DNA of 28,748 nucleotides from Gemmatimonadota bacterium (GTDB lineage Bacteria; Gemmatimonadota; Gemmatimonadetes; Longimicrobiales; Gaopeijiaceae), in assembly GCA_039589315.1 (NCBI GenBank), contig JBDHHQ010000058.1, positions 1 to 28,748 of the forward strand, in the 5' to 3' direction. Each line of letters begins with the position of its first letter. The first letter of the stretch is position 1. Below are positions 25,192 to 28,748 of this stretch, in pieces. Below the pieces are notes generated by a model. That model worked only from the letters and a program-made list of their open reading frames with translations. It had not been told where the DNA came from and made no database searches. A program made the position numbers and the translations under genes.

Positions 25192-28100
25192 CTAGAGCGC
25201 CGGTCGGATGGTCCGCGCGATGGAGCGCCGGAATCCACTCGGGGGCGGTAGCAGCGCGTCCAGGAGCGCCAGATCATCGACCCAGACGCTCAGGTTGATG
25301 AGCAGACCGAAATCGATCAGTCCCACGATTCCCGACCAGCCCGAGAGGAGGACCGAGGCCTCGCCGTCCATGAACATGGAGCGGTAGTCCTGGTTGGCCG
25401 ACCCCACGAGGAGGTAGTAGACCATTCGCTTCCGAGCCTCCTCGTCCAGCCGTGCCCTCGTCTCCGCCACGAGCTGCCAGCCGGCTCCGGCCAGCGCATC
25501 GGCGACGGCCCGCGCATCGGGCCCACCCTCCAGCCCGTATCGCACCAGCTGCATGTAGTAGGCCCTGAGCAGACCCTCGATGGTGGGGCTCGCTACGAGC
25601 AGGTCCCAGCCCTCCCGCGAGGCGAAGAAGTTCGCCTTCAGGTGCAACTGCGGGACCACGCTGTCCGGAGGTGTGACGAGGTCCGCGCCCGACGCAGGGG
25701 GCGCCGCCGTTGAGCCGATCTGGACCAGCAGGGAGTCGACCGTGGGATCCAACGGCAGGAGTCTCCGGAGGAAGGGGGTGCGTCGACCGTTCCGGTACGC
25801 AGCGTCGAATCGTGCCGCGAAGTCCTGCACGCCGACTCCCGGGTTGTAGATCCCGGTCTTGAGGAGCCCTCCCGCCGCTTCGAGCTCAGGCCCCAGCGCC
25901 TGCTGGAGGACGATCAGCCGACTGAACAGGTCGTGGGCCAGGCCCATTGCGGGCCAGCCGGAGCTGGGCGCGGAATCAAGGGACGGCGCGATGAAGAGCA
26001 CGCGGGCGCCCCGGAGCGCGCTCCCCGCGAGCATGGATGCGAATACGCTGCTCCCCCAGAGCGAGTCGGGGACCTTTATCACGGAACCAGGGGGCATGAG
26101 CGTGTAGAGCAGCGCCTTGGCTACGTTCACGCGCTTGTCCCCGAAGCCGGTCTCGTTGTGGAGCTCCATGGCGCGCTGGTCGGACCGGCCGGCGGCCTCC
26201 TGCCGAGCGATCTCGGCCGCCACCTTCGCGGCGTAGTCCTCGGCCAGGGGTCGAGCCCGGAGCGCATAGGGCGTCTCCTCAGGCCGAAGGCCGTGAGCCA
26301 GGAAGAGTTGGCGCACCGCATGCTTGAGGGTGAGCACGGCGGGCCCCTGGGCCATGATGGACCGATCCTCCCACGTCGGTCCGCTGTAATGCTCCCCGAT
26401 GCCCATCCCAGTGTAGATGGCCATGCCGCGGTAGGGATCGTCCTCGGTGATGTCGTAGAAGACGATCTTCCGGTGGTCGCGCATGACGTTGTCCGGGATT
26501 CCGATGAGCGGCACGATGTCCCGGCTCCAGAACGACGGATCGGCCGGGTTCGTGATGCTGACGTGGATCTTGATCTGGTTCCGGAACCAGCGGTCGCCGT
26601 ATTCCCGGGCCTCCGAGGCCAGCAGCCTGGAACCTGCCACGGCCTCCCTGAGTGTGTCCTGCGCCGCGCGCAGCCTCGTCTCGAACTCTTCGAAGCCGCC
26701 GGGCAGCGGTGGGAGGTCGCCCAGGGGATTCTCTAGAAAGTCGAGCCACAGCCGCCCTCGGTTGACCTCGTAATAGTGCTGGTCCAGGAGGATCATGTAG
26801 ACGGGGAGGCGGCCCACCGTGTCGTAGCGCCTCACCCGTTCCGTGAGCGCTCTCAGGTATGCATCCACGACGTAGCGGAGCGACATCCGGTCGGGCTCGC
26901 CTCGAGAGTTCCTGCCCCTGAAGTCGTGGATCCACAACACGTGGTAGTCCTCCGCCACCCTGATGGAGCGGCTGACCTCTTCCTGGAACTGCTCGTTGAT
27001 CACGTACCAGACCCGGTTGCCGTCACTGAAGGGCTGACCCACCGCCCGCTCGATCAGGGCGTCGAGCTGAGCCTGGGTCACGTGGTCCTCGGGCAAAAGC
27101 GCCAGTTGCAGGGGGATCCACAGCACTCGGCTGTCACCCCAGTCCCGAACCGCCTCGCGCTGGATGGCGACGATGGCCTCGACCGTCTGCTGGAAGACGT
27201 AGAGGGCAGCCCGTTCCCTCTCCTCGGGCAAAACGGCGGCAAACACGAGGCCCCGGGCGAAGTTGCCGAGAGCCTGCCGCCCGAACGCATCGAGTAGATC
27301 GGGGGACTTCCAGCGCCCGAGCAAGCGGTCGAAGGGGATGATCACGTGATCCAGCAACGTCTCCCGGGCCATGTCCGCCAGGCGGCGCCCCACCGCCGTC
27401 GGCTCGCCCAGCTCCACGGGCCTCCCGGTAGCGGCCACGGAGAAGGCCTGCTCCAGGTGGGCGTGATAGGCCCGGATGATGCCCTCGGTGTTGAGGCCCG
27501 GCCCGGCCGTCACGCCCGGCAGGGCAGGCGGATCGAGCAGCTCCGCGACCAGCGGCTCGAGAGCGTCGTAGGGGTCGGCGGTGGGCGCGTCGATGTCCGG
27601 AACCAGCAATGACTGCAGCCGACGCATGCCCACGACCAGGTTGGTGAGCGTGATCGCGAGGCCGGGGGAGTCGTCGGGCAGCGCGATGAGGCGGAGCCTG
27701 GGCGCCTGCGGCTCGGCGGCCACGCTGCTTTCCCGTTGCCGCGTACGGCCGGCCAGGGGTTGGCCGACGGGAACCAGGACGCTGGCGCGGACGGCGTCGC
27801 TCGGCCCCGGAGACCACTCGAGGCGGAGCAGGGTGCCGCTCCCGAAGATCCCGGCTCGCCGCACGGGCATGGTCAGCCCGAGGAGCGGCCGGAACTGCAG
27901 ATCCCGGAGGTTGAAATCGACACCGCCGGTGAGCCGAAAGGTGGTGCTGCTCAGGAGGGCTCGGACTCCGCCGTCCGCCAGGTCTCCCCGAAAACCCGCG
28001 TAGCCCTCCAGGGAGGCGGACAGGATTCCGGTCACCGGATTGGTGAGGCTCTTCTCCACACCGAAAAGCCCGTAGCCCAGCGGTCTGGCTTTGCCGTCGG

Positions 28101-28260
28101 CGACGACTCCGCCGAACGATGCGCCCGAGTGCCAACGGGCCCGAGGCGGCTGACTGAGGGAGCGGGTGACCCCACCCTCCCAGGGCGGCACGTCATCCTG
28201 CGCTGCGCCAGGGAGGGCCACCGCGAAGCTCAACAACAGCACGAGGAGAATGCCTGTCAC
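25192..28260 (-). CDS. Large exported phospholipase D superfamily protein with N-terminal beta-strand-rich domain
   Basis: HRKIVFYD (HxKxxxxD) followed by YTGMG; second HLK with a displaced GSANQDYRS; signal peptide ..LPGAA/QDD. Start uncertain (GTG at 28260, 28341 or 28416). Confidence 0.8.
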   Translation of the reverse strand: MTGILLVLLLSFAVALPGAAQDDVPPWEGGVTRSLSQPPRARWHSGASFGGVVADGKARPLGYGLFGVEKSLTNPVTGILSASLEGYAGFRGDLADGGVRALLSSTTFRLTGGVDFNLRDLQFRPLLGLTMPVRRAGIFGSGTLLRLEWSPGPSDAVRASVLVPVGQPLAGRTRQRESSVAAEPQAPRLRLIALPDDSPGLAITLTNLVVGMRRLQSLLVPDIDAPTADPYDALEPLVAELLDPPALPGVTAGPGLNTEGIIRAYHAHLEQAFSVAATGRPVELGEPTAVGRRLADMARETLLDHVIIPFDRLLGRWKSPDLLDAFGRQALGNFARGLVFAAVLPEERERAALYVFQQTVEAIVAIQREAVRDWGDSRVLWIPLQLALLPEDHVTQAQLDALIERAVGQPFSDGNRVWYVINEQFQEEVSRSIRVAEDYHVLWIHDFRGRNSRGEPDRMSLRYVVDAYLRALTERVRRYDTVGRLPVYMILLDQHYYEVNRGRLWLDFLENPLGDLPPLPGGFEEFETRLRAAQDTLREAVAGSRLLASEAREYGDRWFRNQIKIHVSITNPADPSFWSRDIVPLIGIPDNVMRDHRKIVFYDITEDDPYRGMAIYTGMGIGEHYSGPTWEDRSIMAQGPAVLTLKHAVRQLFLAHGLRPEETPYALRARPLAEDYAAKVAAEIARQEAAGRSDQRAMELHNETGFGDKRVNVAKALLYTLMPPGSVIKVPDSLWGSSVFASMLAGSALRGARVLFIAPSLDSAPSSGWPAMGLAHDLFSRLIVLQQALGPELEAAGGLLKTGIYNPGVGVQDFAARFDAAYRNGRRTPFLRRLLPLDPTVDSLLVQIGSTAAPPASGADLVTPPDSVVPQLHLKANFFASREGWDLLVASPTIEGLLRAYYMQLVRYGLEGGPDARAVADALAGAGWQLVAETRARLDEEARKRMVYYLLVGSANQDYRSMFMDGEASVLLSGWSGIVGLIDFGLLINLSVWVDDLALLDALLPPPSGFRRSIARTIRPAL

Positions 28261-28661
28261 GAGCCATCCTCCGGGTCCCGAGGACCGATTCGGGCGCGGT
28301 GCGCACCGCGGCGGAGGGGTCCGGTCGGGGCGCAACCGCACACCTGAAGCATAGGCTCGCCGGCGGTGGTCGTCTGTGGGGAGAAGGAGGATTCGGCGGT
28401 CCGTGGCTTTCCCCACGGGCGATTCACGATCCGGGCCGGAGCCCGGATCCCTGGGTCGACTCGGACCTGACGGAAGGCCGGCCCACCCGGTCGCCTTCCA
28501 GTACGAAGGGGGCGCACCGGAAGCTCGTGATCGCGCCGGATTCGTAGGAGCTCGGTAGGGCCTCCCCTCCGACGAAGCGGGCCGTCCGGCTCATTCTCGC
28601 CCCGGACGGCCCCAATCACCGGGAGGGCCACTCACTGCGCCGACCTCCGCCGGCCGCACGG

Positions 28662-28748
28662 CTATTCCGGCAGCGCCAACGCCACCAACGAGCCCGGGTG
28701 GCCACCCCCGCCCACTGCCATCACGATGTACTGCCGACCCTCGTGGAG
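28662..28748 (-). CDS. 3' end of a PQQ-dependent dehydrogenase (quinoprotein), truncated by the window edge
   Basis: My translation of the minus strand gives LHEGRQYIVMAVGGGGHPGSLVALALPE*, matching the GRQY(I/V)...ALP C-terminus of PQQ dehydrogenases. Not in the ORF track. Confidence 0.8.
   Translation of the reverse strand, partial: LHEGRQYIVMAVGGGGHPGSLVALALPE

Noticed and set aside
28257..28631. Short ORFs 28257-28631 (-) and 28424-28615 (-) as genes
   Set aside because: No recognisable motifs, and they overlap the hairpin-rich region and the possible PLD start.
1..28748. Numerous long alternative-frame and antisense ORFs (e.g. 6318-7679 -, 13837-14919 +, 15024-16175 -, 19124-20863 -, 20158-21429 +)
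   Set aside because: They are Arg/Gly/Pro-rich translations with no recognisable motifs that overlap well-supported genes; such shadow ORFs are expected in high-GC DNA.
1..28748. CRISPR array, tRNA, rRNA, transposase, integrase or phage genes
   Set aside because: I saw no regularly spaced direct repeats, cloverleaf or rRNA signatures, or recombinase motifs by eye; short or degenerate elements could have been missed.

Overview
High-GC bacterial window; the gene content suggests Gemmatimonadota, which is an inference. It has about 21 coding regions and no rRNA, tRNA, CRISPR array or transposase that I could see. From left to right: the 3' end of a sigma-54 activator; an alpha/beta hydrolase; a near-consensus sigma-54 promoter ahead of an outer-membrane beta-barrel and a secreted Tyr/Gly-tailed protein; a tightly coupled four-gene cassette (SDR, M28 peptidase homologue, StyC/styrene-oxide-isomerase-like membrane protein, B12-binding radical SAM enzyme); an ArsR-SRPBCC pair with a palindromic operator; a frameshifted TolB-like/TPR gene with what looks like a kinase remnant; a histidine kinase with an NtrC-type regulator; a glutamate dehydrogenase with an antenna-like insert; a YVTN beta-propeller lipoprotein; a benzoate-CoA ligase family enzyme; an internally duplicated CPBP membrane protease; a pterin carbinolamine dehydratase; an M1 aminopeptidase homologue fused to a probable beta-barrel; a very large PLD-superfamily protein; and the 3' end of a PQQ dehydrogenase. 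The best candidates for undescribed systems are two. First, the four-gene cassette, whose M28 protein has three active-site residues replaced by Gln/Asn. Second, the convergent pair of envelope fusions: an M1 homologue with a degenerate active site (HDVGR for HExxH) and a PLD with a split second motif. All family assignments come from motif recognition by eye, not database searches.
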